Translations under genes and position numbers: made by a program | The notes under the pieces: generated by a model | The model's database searches: none | Told to the model about the DNA's origin: nothing | Seen by the model: only the letters and a program-made list of their open reading frames with translations | In this document: piece by piece, positions 42,615 through 51,957 of the stretch | How the letters are laid out: each line of letters opens with the position of its first letter | Position numbering within the stretch: the stretch's first letter is position 1 | Assembly (NCBI GenBank): GCA_963717935.1 | Contig: CAVQXP010000004.1 | Span: 864,001-928,000 of the forward strand | Direction of reading: 5' to 3' | DNA length: 64,000 bases | Source of the DNA: Candidatus Eiseniibacteriota bacterium | GTDB lineage: Bacteria; Eisenbacteria; RBG-16-71-46

Positions 42615-44513
42615 ATGCGATCCGTTCCCCCGCCATCTTCCCCGTCCCTCCGTGCAGCGCTGATCCTCCTCGCCATGGTGAGCGTCGCCCTGCCCGCCCT
42701 CGGAGCGACGTGGACCGGGGGAGTCGACGTCCAGGTCAACCAGGATCCTCCCGTGCTCAATCAGAACGAGACGGCGCTGGCCCTCAACTGGAGTCTGCCG
42801 GGCAACCTGCTCATGGCCTACAACGACAACCCCTGGCCCGGCGGACCGGGGCTGGGCTACAGCTACAGCTTCGACAACGGGATGACCTGGACCGACGGGC
42901 ATCTCGCCCTTCCGCCCGGCATGGTCCAGTACCACGACCCGATGGCGGCCGCCGATCTCACGGGACGGTTCTACGCCGGTGGCTGCGCCAACGACAACGT
43001 CGTGAACGGCAACAGCGGCCTCTACGTCTACTCCTCGACGGACGGCGGGGCGACGTGGTCGGCGCCGGCCGTCGTGTCGTCCGACGGGCCCCAGCCGCTG
43101 CCCCAGCCCGCGACCCTCAACGACCGCGGGCACCTCGTGGTGGACACGCACGCCGCGAGCCCGTACGCGAATCACGTCCACCTGACCTGGATGAAGGACG
43201 TGGGCTCGACCGGTCCGTTCGGTGACACGTGGTTCAGCACCTCGCCTCCGGGCGGGACCTCGTTCAGCCCGCGGCTGCAGATCAGCGACCTCCCTTCCGG
43301 CACGTCGCGCAGCCACGCCCCCCACGTCGCGAGCGCCTCGGACGGGACCATCTACGTGGTGTGGGCCGACTACGACATCACGGTCTCCCAGAGCCCGGCC
43401 ACCTTCTGGCTCGACCGCTCCTACGACGGTGGCGCCAACTTCGGGCAGGACGTCCAGGTCCTCTCGGGGATCGCCACGGTGCCCCGGGTCTTCAGCTCCT
43501 TCCTCGGGCCCGACACGCAGGGGGACACGGCGCCCGTCATCGCCACGAATCCGCTCCAGCCGAACGAGGTCTACGTCGTCTACAACGCCGATCCGGATCC
43601 GGTGTTCACGGGTGACGAGGGCGACATCTTCTTCGTGAGGTCGCTGGACGGGGGGACCACCTGGAGCCTGCCCATCCCCGTCACCCAGCCCCCGTACAAC
43701 TCCGGCCCCCAGTACGCGCCCTGGATCGGCGTCAAGCCGAACGGCGTGATCGATGTCGCGTGGTACAGCGGCAATCTCGTCGATGGCCCCTATCCTCTCG
43801 ACTGGGGCGTGCTCATGAGCCAGAGCCGGGATGGCGGCACCACCTGGACCAGCCCCGCGCCGATCAGCGACGTGTGGACCCGCGCGCCGCGGAATCCCTT
43901 CGCCACCACCGGCTGGCTGGGCGAGTACCTCGCCCTGGTCGTGGACTCGACCTGGGCGTACGTCGGGTGGGCACAGGCGCGCGCCGATTCTCTCGGCGAC
44001 ATCTACTACGACCGTGTCAACAACATCGTGTTCGGGGACTGCGACGGGAACGGGATCCCCGACTACCAGGACCTCGCTGCCTGCGCGAGCGATCCGCGCT
44101 GCCTGGACTGCAACGGGAACCAGGTGCTGGACGGTTGTGACATCGACCCGGGCGATCCCGACGGCGACGGGTGCGTGAGCCTCGACGCCGACGGCGACCT
44201 GATCCCCGACGAATGCACCTCCTCGGGGGTCGGAGAGGGCGGCTCCGGGGGGATCGAGTTCCGCGCGCGGCCGAACCTTACGCGCGGTCCGGCGCGATTC
44301 CACTTCGGCACGGTGTTGCGGGCGGGCGGGACGGTGACGCTCTTCGATGCGACGGGTCGGATGGTGCGCGTCCTGGCCGTGGCGCCCGGGGCGGCGAGCG
44401 TCGCCTGGGACGGGACGAACGCAGGGGGCGAGATCGTCGCGGCGGGGACCTACTTCGCCAGGCTGGTCCACGAGGGCGGGAGCGCGAGGACGCGCCTCAT
44501 CGTGGCCCGCTGA
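42615..44513 (+). CDS. secreted BNR/Asp-box (sialidase-fold) protein with Asp-rich repeats and FlgD-like tail
   Basis: QNET; Asp-boxes SFDNGMTW, STDGGATW, SYDGGANF, SLDGGTTW, SRDGGTTW; GEY; DCxGNxxxD repeats; FDATGRMVR...WDGTN...GTYFARL. Confidence 0.85.
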   Translation: MRSVPPPSSPSLRAALILLAMVSVALPALGATWTGGVDVQVNQDPPVLNQNETALALNWSLPGNLLMAYNDNPWPGGPGLGYSYSFDNGMTWTDGHLALPPGMVQYHDPMAAADLTGRFYAGGCANDNVVNGNSGLYVYSSTDGGATWSAPAVVSSDGPQPLPQPATLNDRGHLVVDTHAASPYANHVHLTWMKDVGSTGPFGDTWFSTSPPGGTSFSPRLQISDLPSGTSRSHAPHVASASDGTIYVVWADYDITVSQSPATFWLDRSYDGGANFGQDVQVLSGIATVPRVFSSFLGPDTQGDTAPVIATNPLQPNEVYVVYNADPDPVFTGDEGDIFFVRSLDGGTTWSLPIPVTQPPYNSGPQYAPWIGVKPNGVIDVAWYSGNLVDGPYPLDWGVLMSQSRDGGTTWTSPAPISDVWTRAPRNPFATTGWLGEYLALVVDSTWAYVGWAQARADSLGDIYYDRVNNIVFGDCDGNGIPDYQDLAACASDPRCLDCNGNQVLDGCDIDPGDPDGDGCVSLDADGDLIPDECTSSGVGEGGSGGIEFRARPNLTRGPARFHFGTVLRAGGTVTLFDATGRMVRVLAVAPGAASVAWDGTNAGGEIVAAGTYFARLVHEGGSARTRLIVAR

Positions 44514-44608
44514 GATGCGAGGGGGCCCGGGCGGAGTGGGCCGCCCGAAGACGGACGAAGCCGCCCCTCGCGGCCACCGGACGAGCGCCAACGCGGCCCC
44601 GGGCCGCG

Positions 44609-44638
44609 TTGACGCTCGGTGCCCCCGCGTCCTATAGT
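44609..44638 (+). promoter_or_regulatory. sigma70-type promoter of the tRNA-Leu/smpB operon
   Basis: TTGACG-18 bp-TATAGT followed by a GC-rich discriminator. Confidence 0.75.
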
Positions 44639-44656
44639 GCGGCCCGCCGTTCACGT

Positions 44657-44743
44657 GCGGAAGTGGCGGAACTGGCAGACGCACTAGATTCAGGGTCTAG
44701 CGCCCGCAAGGGTGTGGGGGTTCAAATCCCCCCTTCCGCACCA
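44657..44743 (+). tRNA. tRNA-Leu(CAG)
   Basis: Acceptor GCGGAAG/CTTCCGC-A-CCA; anticodon arm CTAGA-TTCAGGG-TCTAG; long variable arm; GGTTCAAATCC. Confidence 0.96.
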
Positions 44744-44837
44744 CGCTCCCATCCGTTGGATGGGCGCCTTCCCGCCATCCGGGCGAGTCAAGGCGGTCGT
44801 GCCCGTCCCACCGCCGGCCCCGCGGACGGTTCCTGCC

Positions 44838-45353
44838 ATGGCTCGTGAAGACTCCAGACCGACCTCCGAGCGGACCCGCGGGCCCTCGCCCGAGGATCGC
44901 CTCGTCGCCCAGAACCGCCGCGCCCACCACGACTACTTCATCCTCGAGACCTACGAAGCGGGCCTCGCACTGCGCGGCACCGAGGTGAAGAGCCTGCGCG
45001 CGGGCAAGGCCAGCCTGGCCGAAGCCTACGCCACGGTGGAGGGCAGCGAGGCCTGGGTGCTGCAGTTGCACATCCCGCCCTACGAGCAGGGCAACCGTGC
45101 GAACCCCGACCCGCTGCGCCGGCGCAAGCTCCTGCTGCACCGCGCCGAGATCGTGAAGCTCAAGGAGGCGGTGGCACGCAAGGGCCAGACGCTGGTGCCG
45201 CTCAAGCTCTACTTCGCTCGCGGCCACGCCAAGCTGCTGCTCGGCGTGGGCAAGGGCAAGAAGAACGTCGACAAGCGCCACGCGATCGCCGAGCGCGATG
45301 CGAAGCGCGAGATGGACCGCGCGCGGCGCGTTTCCCGGGAAGCGCGCGGGTGA
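44838..45353 (+). CDS. smpB: SsrA-binding protein
   Basis: NRRAHHDY, EAGLALRGTEVKSLR, RKLLLHR, GKKNVDKR. Confidence 0.97.
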   Translation: MAREDSRPTSERTRGPSPEDRLVAQNRRAHHDYFILETYEAGLALRGTEVKSLRAGKASLAEAYATVEGSEAWVLQLHIPPYEQGNRANPDPLRRRKLLLHRAEIVKLKEAVARKGQTLVPLKLYFARGHAKLLLGVGKGKKNVDKRHAIAERDAKREMDRARRVSREARG

Positions 45354-46813
45354 GTCCGAGGCGCTGGATCGCGCGCGGGGCAGGCGTGGCGCTGCTCGCG
45401 CTGGCCGCGGGCTCCGGGTTCCGGGCGCCGTCTTCCGGCCTGGCCGCACCGGGGCCGCACCCGGCGTCCCCAATCGCGCTCCCGGCTACGCTCCCGGCCT
45501 TCGAGTCGGCGCCGGTGCTGCAGGTCGGGGGCGTGGCGTGCGTCGGGGCGAACGACCTCGCGCGGCTGCTCAAGGCGACCAAGTTCTGGCGTGCCGACGT
45601 GCGCAAGCTCGTGCTGCGCGCAGGCCCGCACCGGGTGACGCTCACGACGGACAACCCGTTCGCGGTCGTGGACGACCGCACCGTGTGGCTGCGCGCCCCG
45701 GTGGTCTCGCGGCGGGGCGAGTTGCAGGTGCCGGTCTCGCTGCTCGACTCGCTGCCCCGCGACAGCACGCTCGCGCGCCTGCTCTTCGAGCCGCGCCGTG
45801 GCGCCGTGGTCAGGGTGCCGCGCGGTGGCCTGGTGAGGAGCCCCGAGGTGACCGCCGACGACACGTTGACGCGCGTCGTCTTCCCGGTCGAGCGCGTGGC
45901 CGACGTCACCGTGGCGGGCCGGGCGCGCGGCCACTTCCGCGTGCGCCTTGCCGGGACGTTCGTGGGTGCGGCGCCCGAGTCGCTGCCACCCGCGAGCCTG
46001 GTGCGCGGGATCGCGCCGGTCGCGACGGCCAGGGGCAGCGTCTTCGAGCTGGAGGTGGCATCCGGCGCGGCGGGCTACCGGCTGGTGCGGGGCGGGGGCG
46101 CGGCGGACGCGGCGGCGGGGACGGTGGCGCTCGAATTCCCGCGCCTGTGGCGCGCGGGGCTCGAGGCGTTCGCGCTCGAGGCCCGGCCGTCGCGCGTGAG
46201 GGTGATCGTGCTCGACCCGGGCCACGGCGGGCCCGACGCGGGCGTGACCGCGGGGACCGACGTCGAGAAGGATCTCGCGCTCGCGCTCGCGCGGCTGGTG
46301 CGCACCGAACTCGGGCGCCGGCTCGGGGCCCAGGTCGTCCTGACGCGCGATGACGACCGCCCGCTCGCGCCGGAGCAGCGCGCCGAGATCGCGAACCGCG
46401 CGCGCGCCGACCTGGTGGTGTCGCTCCACTTCGACGCGGTGCCGGGCACGCAGCGCTCGGGCGCGACGGCCTGGTGCCCGCCCGCGAGGGTGGGAGCGCG
46501 TGAGGGCCCGCTCCTGCCGCGCGTGCCGCTCGTGCTGCTGCCGTGGCGCGAGGTCGCGCTCCGCCGGGCGGTGCTGAGCCGCGCGGCGGCCGAGGCGATC
46601 CTGGGCGCGTTGGACGCGTCCGGCGCGGGACCGGTACGGCTGCGCGAGCGGCTCATGGTCCCCCTGCTCGGCGTGGACGCGGCGGCCCTGATGCTCGATT
46701 GCGCGACGCTCGGCGCGATCCCCGACCGGATCCGCGTGGAGGACCCGCGCGGATTGCAGGAGCTGGCCGCCGCGATCGCCGAGGGCGTGGCGCGCTGGGC
46801 GAGAGGCGGATGA
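45350..46813 (+). CDS. N-acetylmuramoyl-L-alanine amidase (Amidase_3) with N-terminal extension
   Basis: IVLDPGHGG, EKDLAL, LTRDDD, RAEIAN, ADLVVSLH. Confidence 0.85.
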   Translation: MSPRRWIARGAGVALLALAAGSGFRAPSSGLAAPGPHPASPIALPATLPAFESAPVLQVGGVACVGANDLARLLKATKFWRADVRKLVLRAGPHRVTLTTDNPFAVVDDRTVWLRAPVVSRRGELQVPVSLLDSLPRDSTLARLLFEPRRGAVVRVPRGGLVRSPEVTADDTLTRVVFPVERVADVTVAGRARGHFRVRLAGTFVGAAPESLPPASLVRGIAPVATARGSVFELEVASGAAGYRLVRGGGAADAAAGTVALEFPRLWRAGLEAFALEARPSRVRVIVLDPGHGGPDAGVTAGTDVEKDLALALARLVRTELGRRLGAQVVLTRDDDRPLAPEQRAEIANRARADLVVSLHFDAVPGTQRSGATAWCPPARVGAREGPLLPRVPLVLLPWREVALRRAVLSRAAAEAILGALDASGAGPVRLRERLMVPLLGVDAAALMLDCATLGAIPDRIRVEDPRGLQELAAAIAEGVARWARGG

Positions 46814-47403
46814 GGCGCGCACCCTCGAGCGAGCGTCCCGGGCGCCCGCGGCGCGGCGCGCGCGTGCTCGGGCTCGTCCTTGGCGGGCTCATTCTCGCTG
46901 TGCTAGCGTGGGCCGCGTGGCGCTGGAGCCTGCGCTCCGGCGAGGTGACGGTGGTGGATCCCGCGGCCGCGGACACCGCGGGCGCCGGCTTCCGGTCGGC
47001 GCGGCTCTGGTTCGTGGCGCGTACCGGTGACGCGCTGGTGAGCGAGCCGCGCGAGGTCATCGAGCAGACCGGCCTGCACGAGCGCGTGGCCGCGCTGCTG
47101 GACGAGCTCGTGCGCGGGCCGACGGGCGCGGGTCTGACGCTGCTGCCCGCGGGGACCTCGCTGCGGCATGTCTACCTGGACGACCGTGGGTTGCTCACGC
47201 TGGACCTGTCGGGCGCGTTCCGTTCCGGTTTCCGCGGCGGGGCGGGCGCCGAGGAGTTGGCGGTGGGCGCGTTGGTGCGCACGCTGGGCGACAACCTGCC
47301 CGAGGTGAGATGGGTGATGATCGTGTGCGAGGGCGCACCGCTCGCGAGCCTGGGCGGGCACCTGCCGCTCGACCGTCCGCTCGAGCTCGCGGACTGGCCA
47401 TGA
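46810..47403 (+). CDS. GerMN-domain protein
   Basis: One TM helix; LWF, ELVRGP, LPAGT, LDLS, LVRTL, SLGGHL; usual amidase-GerMN-murI-rph synteny. Confidence 0.82.
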   Translation: MRRAPSSERPGRPRRGARVLGLVLGGLILAVLAWAAWRWSLRSGEVTVVDPAAADTAGAGFRSARLWFVARTGDALVSEPREVIEQTGLHERVAALLDELVRGPTGAGLTLLPAGTSLRHVYLDDRGLLTLDLSGAFRSGFRGGAGAEELAVGALVRTLGDNLPEVRWVMIVCEGAPLASLGGHLPLDRPLELADWP

Positions 47404-47431
47404 GCGCTGGAACCGAACGGAGAGGAGCGGC

Positions 47432-48307
47432 GTGAGCGAGACCCGGGATCCACGGCCGATCGGCGTGTTCGACTCGGGCCTCGGCGGCCTGACCGCCGTG
47501 CGGGAGCTGTTCCGCGTGCTGCCCGGCGAGAGCGTGGTCTACTTCGGCGACACGGCCCGCGTGCCCTACGGCAGCAAGTCGCGCGAGACGGTGACGCGCT
47601 TCAGCCTCGAGATCGCGCGTTTCCTGATGCGCCAGGACATCAAGTGCCTGCTGGTGGCGTGCAACACCGCCTCGTCGTACGCGCTCGACACGCTCAAGCG
47701 CCAGTTCGAGATCCCCGTGGTGGGCGTGATCGACCCCGCCGCGGGCGTGGCGGTCACCGGTGGCGGCCGGGGCGTGCCCGTCGCCGGCGGTTCTCCGCCG
47801 CCGCGCATCGGCGTCATCGGCACGCAGGCCACGGTCGCCAGCGGCGCCTACGCCCGCGCCCTGGCGCAACTCGCCCCCGGCACCCACGTGGTCTCGCGGG
47901 CCTGCCCGCTGTTCGTGCCGCTCATCGAGGAAGGCTGGCTCAGCCACCCGGTCATGCGCAGCGTGGCCGAGGAGTACCTGGGCGAGCTGCGCGACGAGCG
48001 GCTCGATGGCCTGATCCTGGGCTGCACGCACTATCCGCTGATCGCGCCCCTGCTGCAGGACATCATCGGTCCGCAGGTGCGGCTCATCGACTCGGGCGCC
48101 GAGGCCGCGCTCGCCACGGCCGGCCTGCTGCGCCGGCGCGGCCTGCTCGCCGAAGCGGACCCCGCGCCGCAGCACCGTTTCTACCTGAGCGACGAGCGCC
48201 TCGACTTCGAACGCGTCGCCCGGGCCTTCCTGGGACGCGAGTTGCCGCCCACCGCGATCGTGGACCAGACCGACCTGCCGTGGTTCGAGCGCTCGATCCC
48301 GCGTTGA
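47432..48307 (+). CDS. murI: glutamate racemase
   Basis: [40 protein letters not shown]. Confidence 0.97.
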   Translation: MSETRDPRPIGVFDSGLGGLTAVRELFRVLPGESVVYFGDTARVPYGSKSRETVTRFSLEIARFLMRQDIKCLLVACNTASSYALDTLKRQFEIPVVGVIDPAAGVAVTGGGRGVPVAGGSPPPRIGVIGTQATVASGAYARALAQLAPGTHVVSRACPLFVPLIEEGWLSHPVMRSVAEEYLGELRDERLDGLILGCTHYPLIAPLLQDIIGPQVRLIDSGAEAALATAGLLRRRGLLAEADPAPQHRFYLSDERLDFERVARAFLGRELPPTAIVDQTDLPWFERSIPR

Positions 48308-48368
48308 ACCGCGGTGGGGCCCGTCCGGCCCGTGTCCGGCGGGTGCCCCCGCTCGAGAGGAGTCCTTC

Positions 48369-49142
48369 GTGACCGAAAGCCCCAGGCCCGCCGCCGCGGG
48401 CGCCACGCCCGTTCCGGTCCGTCCCGACGGCCGTGGGCCGCGGGTGATGCGCCCGCTCAAGATCGAGCGTGGCGCCCTGTCCGCCGCCGAGGGCTCGGCC
48501 CTGGTGACGATGGGGCGCACGCGCGTCCTGTGCAGCGCCACGGTCGAGGACCGCCTGCCCGGCTGGCTGCGCGGGAAGGGTGGCGGCTGGGTGACCGCCG
48601 AGTACGGCATGCTGCCGCGCGCGACCACCGACCGCACGCCGCGCACGGCGCAGGCCGGCGGCCGCACGCACGAGATCCAGCGCCTGATCGGGCGCTCGCT
48701 GCGCGCGGTCACCGACCTGAAGGCCTTCGGCGAGCGCACCATCATCCTCGACTGCGACGTGCTCGAAGCCGACGCCGGCACGCGCACCGCGGCGATCAAC
48801 GGCGCCTTCGTCGCCCTGCACGACGCGTTCCTGAAGCTCTCGAACGCGGGCCACCTGAAGCAGTCGCCGTTCAGGGACACGGTCTCGGCGATCTCGGTCG
48901 GCCTGGTCGCGGGCGTGCCCTGCCTCGACCTCTGCTACGCCGAGGACTCGAAGGCCGAGGTGGACATGAACGTGGTGATGACCGGCGCGGGCCGCTTCGT
49001 CGAGGTCCAGGGCACGGGAGAGAGCACCACCTTCGACGCGGCCGAGCTGCGCGCCCTGCTCTCGCTCGCGCGTCTCGGCATCCGCCGGGTCACCGCCTAC
49101 CAGCGCCGCCTGCTCGGCGACTCCGGACTGCTGCCGCGCTGA
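48369..49142 (+). CDS. rph: ribonuclease PH
   Basis: [51 protein letters not shown]. Confidence 0.96.
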   Translation: MTESPRPAAAGATPVPVRPDGRGPRVMRPLKIERGALSAAEGSALVTMGRTRVLCSATVEDRLPGWLRGKGGGWVTAEYGMLPRATTDRTPRTAQAGGRTHEIQRLIGRSLRAVTDLKAFGERTIILDCDVLEADAGTRTAAINGAFVALHDAFLKLSNAGHLKQSPFRDTVSAISVGLVAGVPCLDLCYAEDSKAEVDMNVVMTGAGRFVEVQGTGESTTFDAAELRALLSLARLGIRRVTAYQRRLLGDSGLLPR

Positions 49143-49190
49143 GCGGGCGCGCCGCGGGTGGGAGCGCCGTTCCACGCCCCGAGGGACCCC

Positions 49191-49823
49191 ATGGACTTCA
49201 TCCTCGCCACCTTCAACCGTGACAAGCAGCGGGAGCTCTCGGCGTTGCTGGGGTTGCCGGGGGTCGCGCTTCGCGCGCTCTGCGACGTGCCCGGCGCGGT
49301 CGCGCCCGAGGAGACCGGTGCCACCCTGCGCGAGAACGCGCTGTTGAAGGCGCGCGCGGCGCTCGCGCTCACGGGCAGGCCGGCGATCGCCGACGACACC
49401 GGGCTCGAGGTGGACGCGCTCGGCGGGCGGCCCGGCCTCCACGCCGCGCGCTACGCCGGGCCCGGGGCCACCTACGCCGGCAACCGCGCGAAGCTCCTGG
49501 CGGAGCTGGAAGGGGTCGAGCCCGCGCGGCGGGCGGCGCGCTTCCGCTGCGCCTGCGTCGCCTGCCTGCCGGACGGGCGCGAGCTGGTGGCCGAGGGCGT
49601 GCTCGAGGGCCGCATCACGCTGGCGCCGCGCGGCGCGAACGGCTTCGGCTACGACCCGGTGTTCGAGGTCTCGCAGCTCGGTCGCACCATGGCCGAGTTG
49701 TCCGACGACGAGAAGAACGCGCTCTCGCACCGCGCCCACGCCGTGCGCGCGCTGGCGGTGCAGCTCGCGCAGGCGGTGCCTGCCCTGCGCCCGGGCGGCG
49801 ACGCCGGAGAGGCGGGCCGATGA
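49191..49823 (+). CDS. rdgB: non-canonical purine NTP pyrophosphatase
   Basis: LATFNRDK, EETG, ENALLKA, ADDTGLEVDALGGRPG, GFGYDPVF, KNALSHR. Confidence 0.95.
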   Translation: MDFILATFNRDKQRELSALLGLPGVALRALCDVPGAVAPEETGATLRENALLKARAALALTGRPAIADDTGLEVDALGGRPGLHAARYAGPGATYAGNRAKLLAELEGVEPARRAARFRCACVACLPDGRELVAEGVLEGRITLAPRGANGFGYDPVFEVSQLGRTMAELSDDEKNALSHRAHAVRALAVQLAQAVPALRPGGDAGEAGR

Positions 49824-51880
49824 ACCGCGGCAGGGCGCGTCCGTCGCCGAAGGCGGCATCCGCGGGTCCCGCCCGGCCCGCGCGCGCGGCCGTCCCGGCC
49901 GCACCCCCGCTGCATCTCACTCATCCGGCCATGCTCTTCGCCGCGCTGGTGTGTGCCGCCATCGTGGTCCTGTCCGTCACGTACGACGTCTACGATCCGG
50001 ACCAGTGGCAGCACCTGACCGTGGGCCGCTTCATCTGGGAGCAGCATCGCTTCCCCACGGTCCAACTCTGGACCTGGCCCACCTACGGCACGAAGGAGGT
50101 GGACTACGCCTGGGGCTTCGAGGCGCTGGCCTGGCCGTTCTGGAAACTGGGTGGCGTATCCGGCCTGTATGTCTGGCGCTGGTTCACCACGCTGGCGGTC
50201 TTCGGCCTGGTCTGGGCTGCCGCGCGCCGCATGGGGGCGAAGGGGCTCGTGCCGCTCGTGGTGATCGCGCTGTGCGCGGTGATCTACCGCGGGCGCACCC
50301 AGGTGCGCCCCGAGACCCTGGCGGCGGTCCTGCTCGCGGCCGAGATCTGGCTGCTCGAGTGGCGCCGGCACGGCGGGCGCGTGAATCCCGCGTGGCTCGT
50401 GCTCATCGCCTGGGTCTGGGCCAACGCGCACATCTCCTACTACCTGTTCTTCGTGGTGCTCGGCATCCACGTGCTCGCCGCGCACCTGCCGCCGCGGCGG
50501 GCGGGGGCCCCGCCGGTGCGCGGGTTGTGGCTCACGGGGCTCGCCGCGGCGGCCATCTCCTTCGTCAATCCCTCGGGGTGGCGGACGCTCTGGCAGCCGT
50601 TCGAATTCTGGCTGGTGTGGCGGCACGAGCTCATCTACCAGGTCATCGGCGAGATGGGCCCGGTGCAGTGGTCGATCCACATGAGGGACGGCCTGCCGCT
50701 GGTCCTCGTCCTGTGGCCGGTCCTCGCGCTCCTGCGCCTGCGCCGCGGCGGCCTCGACCGGGTCGAAGTCATGATGTGCATCGTCTTCACGGCGATGCTC
50801 CTGGTGGGTCAGCGCTTCACCGGCGTCTACGCCCTCGTCGCCGCGGTCTACCTCGCGCGCGACCTCGACGAATGGATCCGCGGCGCGCGCGTGCCCGCGT
50901 GGGGGGCGCGCCCGTGGGCGCGCGGCGGTCTTGCGGCGGCGGCTTGCGCGCTCGTCAGCCTGCCGGCCCTCTCCGGGCCCGGGTACCCCCTCCGCCTCCA
51001 CCTGCCGGGGAAGCACGCTCCCATCGGCGCCAGCGACTTCATCCACCGCCACGACATCCACGGGCGTCTCTTCAACCAGTTCGGCTACGGCGGCTACCTG
51101 TGTTTCCGCTTCTGGCCGCGCCGCGACCAGCTCCCGTTCATGGGCATCCACCAGGAGGGGTCGAAGGAGCTGCGGCACCTCTACATGCTCGCCTCGTACC
51201 GGCAGGACGCCTGGCGGCTGCTCGAGGAGCACTTCCGCTTCGACTACATCGTGCTGATGCGCAAGCTCGCGCCCGACGACAGTCTCCTGGCGTTCGTGGG
51301 GCGCGATACGGCCTGGACGCGCGTCTTCGGCGATGACGGGGCCTGCGTCTTCGTGCGCCGCGATGGCCCGTACGCGCGTCTGGCCGCCGACTCGGGGTAC
51401 ACGGTGATCCCGACCGACCCGGCGCAGTTCCCCGCCTTCGGCCAGGCCACCACGGGCGACTCGCTCCTGCGGCGCCGGGCCGAGCGCGAGCTGTGGCGCG
51501 AGGTGGCTGGCTCGCCCCACCACGCCGAGGCGCTGGGGCTGCTCGCGAACATCGCCTTCACCGAGGGCCGCTGGGACGACGCGCGGCGCCAGCTCGAAGA
51601 GGCGCTCCGCATCGAGCCCCTGACCCTGTCCGCGCGGGAGAAGCTCGGCATCGTCGCCCTGCAGCAGGGCCACCCGCGCGAGGCGCTGCGCTGGTTCGAG
51701 CAGGAGCGGCGCGTTCTGGGCTACCGGGGCGTGATCGATCTGCGCCGCGGGCAGGTCGCACAGGCGCTGGGCGACCTGCGGCGGGCCCGCAGCCTGTACC
51801 GGCGGGAGGTCGAACGAGCCCCCGACAACCAGGAGGCCCGGGACTCGCTGGAGTCGGTGACGGCGAGACTCGGGAGGTAG
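49820..51880 (+). CDS. polytopic membrane protein (GT-C-like) with C-terminal TPR repeats
   Basis: DPDQWQHLTVGR, RPET, WANAH, VNPSG, GRLFNQFGYGGYL, many TM helices, TPR-like helices at the end. Confidence 0.75.
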   Translation: MNRGRARPSPKAASAGPARPARAAVPAAPPLHLTHPAMLFAALVCAAIVVLSVTYDVYDPDQWQHLTVGRFIWEQHRFPTVQLWTWPTYGTKEVDYAWGFEALAWPFWKLGGVSGLYVWRWFTTLAVFGLVWAAARRMGAKGLVPLVVIALCAVIYRGRTQVRPETLAAVLLAAEIWLLEWRRHGGRVNPAWLVLIAWVWANAHISYYLFFVVLGIHVLAAHLPPRRAGAPPVRGLWLTGLAAAAISFVNPSGWRTLWQPFEFWLVWRHELIYQVIGEMGPVQWSIHMRDGLPLVLVLWPVLALLRLRRGGLDRVEVMMCIVFTAMLLVGQRFTGVYALVAAVYLARDLDEWIRGARVPAWGARPWARGGLAAAACALVSLPALSGPGYPLRLHLPGKHAPIGASDFIHRHDIHGRLFNQFGYGGYLCFRFWPRRDQLPFMGIHQEGSKELRHLYMLASYRQDAWRLLEEHFRFDYIVLMRKLAPDDSLLAFVGRDTAWTRVFGDDGACVFVRRDGPYARLAADSGYTVIPTDPAQFPAFGQATTGDSLLRRRAERELWREVAGSPHHAEALGLLANIAFTEGRWDDARRQLEEALRIEPLTLSAREKLGIVALQQGHPREALRWFEQERRVLGYRGVIDLRRGQVAQALGDLRRARSLYRREVERAPDNQEARDSLESVTARLGR

Positions 51881-51920
51881 CGCGGTCTCCGGCCGGCAGG
51901 GGAGCGTGGTCGCCGTGCGC

Positions 51921-51950
51921 TTGAGTCCCGGCCGTGGCAGGTCGTAGGGT
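51921..51950 (+). promoter_or_regulatory. sigma70-type promoter positioned for a leaderless transcript
   Basis: TTGAGT-18 bp-TAGGGT, then 7 nt, then ATG 51958. Confidence 0.55.
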
Positions 51951-51957
51951 CCGGCTC

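Noticed and set aside
46680..46720. Amidase catalytic Glu apparently replaced (AALMLDCATL)
   Set aside because: Alignment by eye is uncertain and the zinc ligands are present; too weak to call the enzyme inactive.
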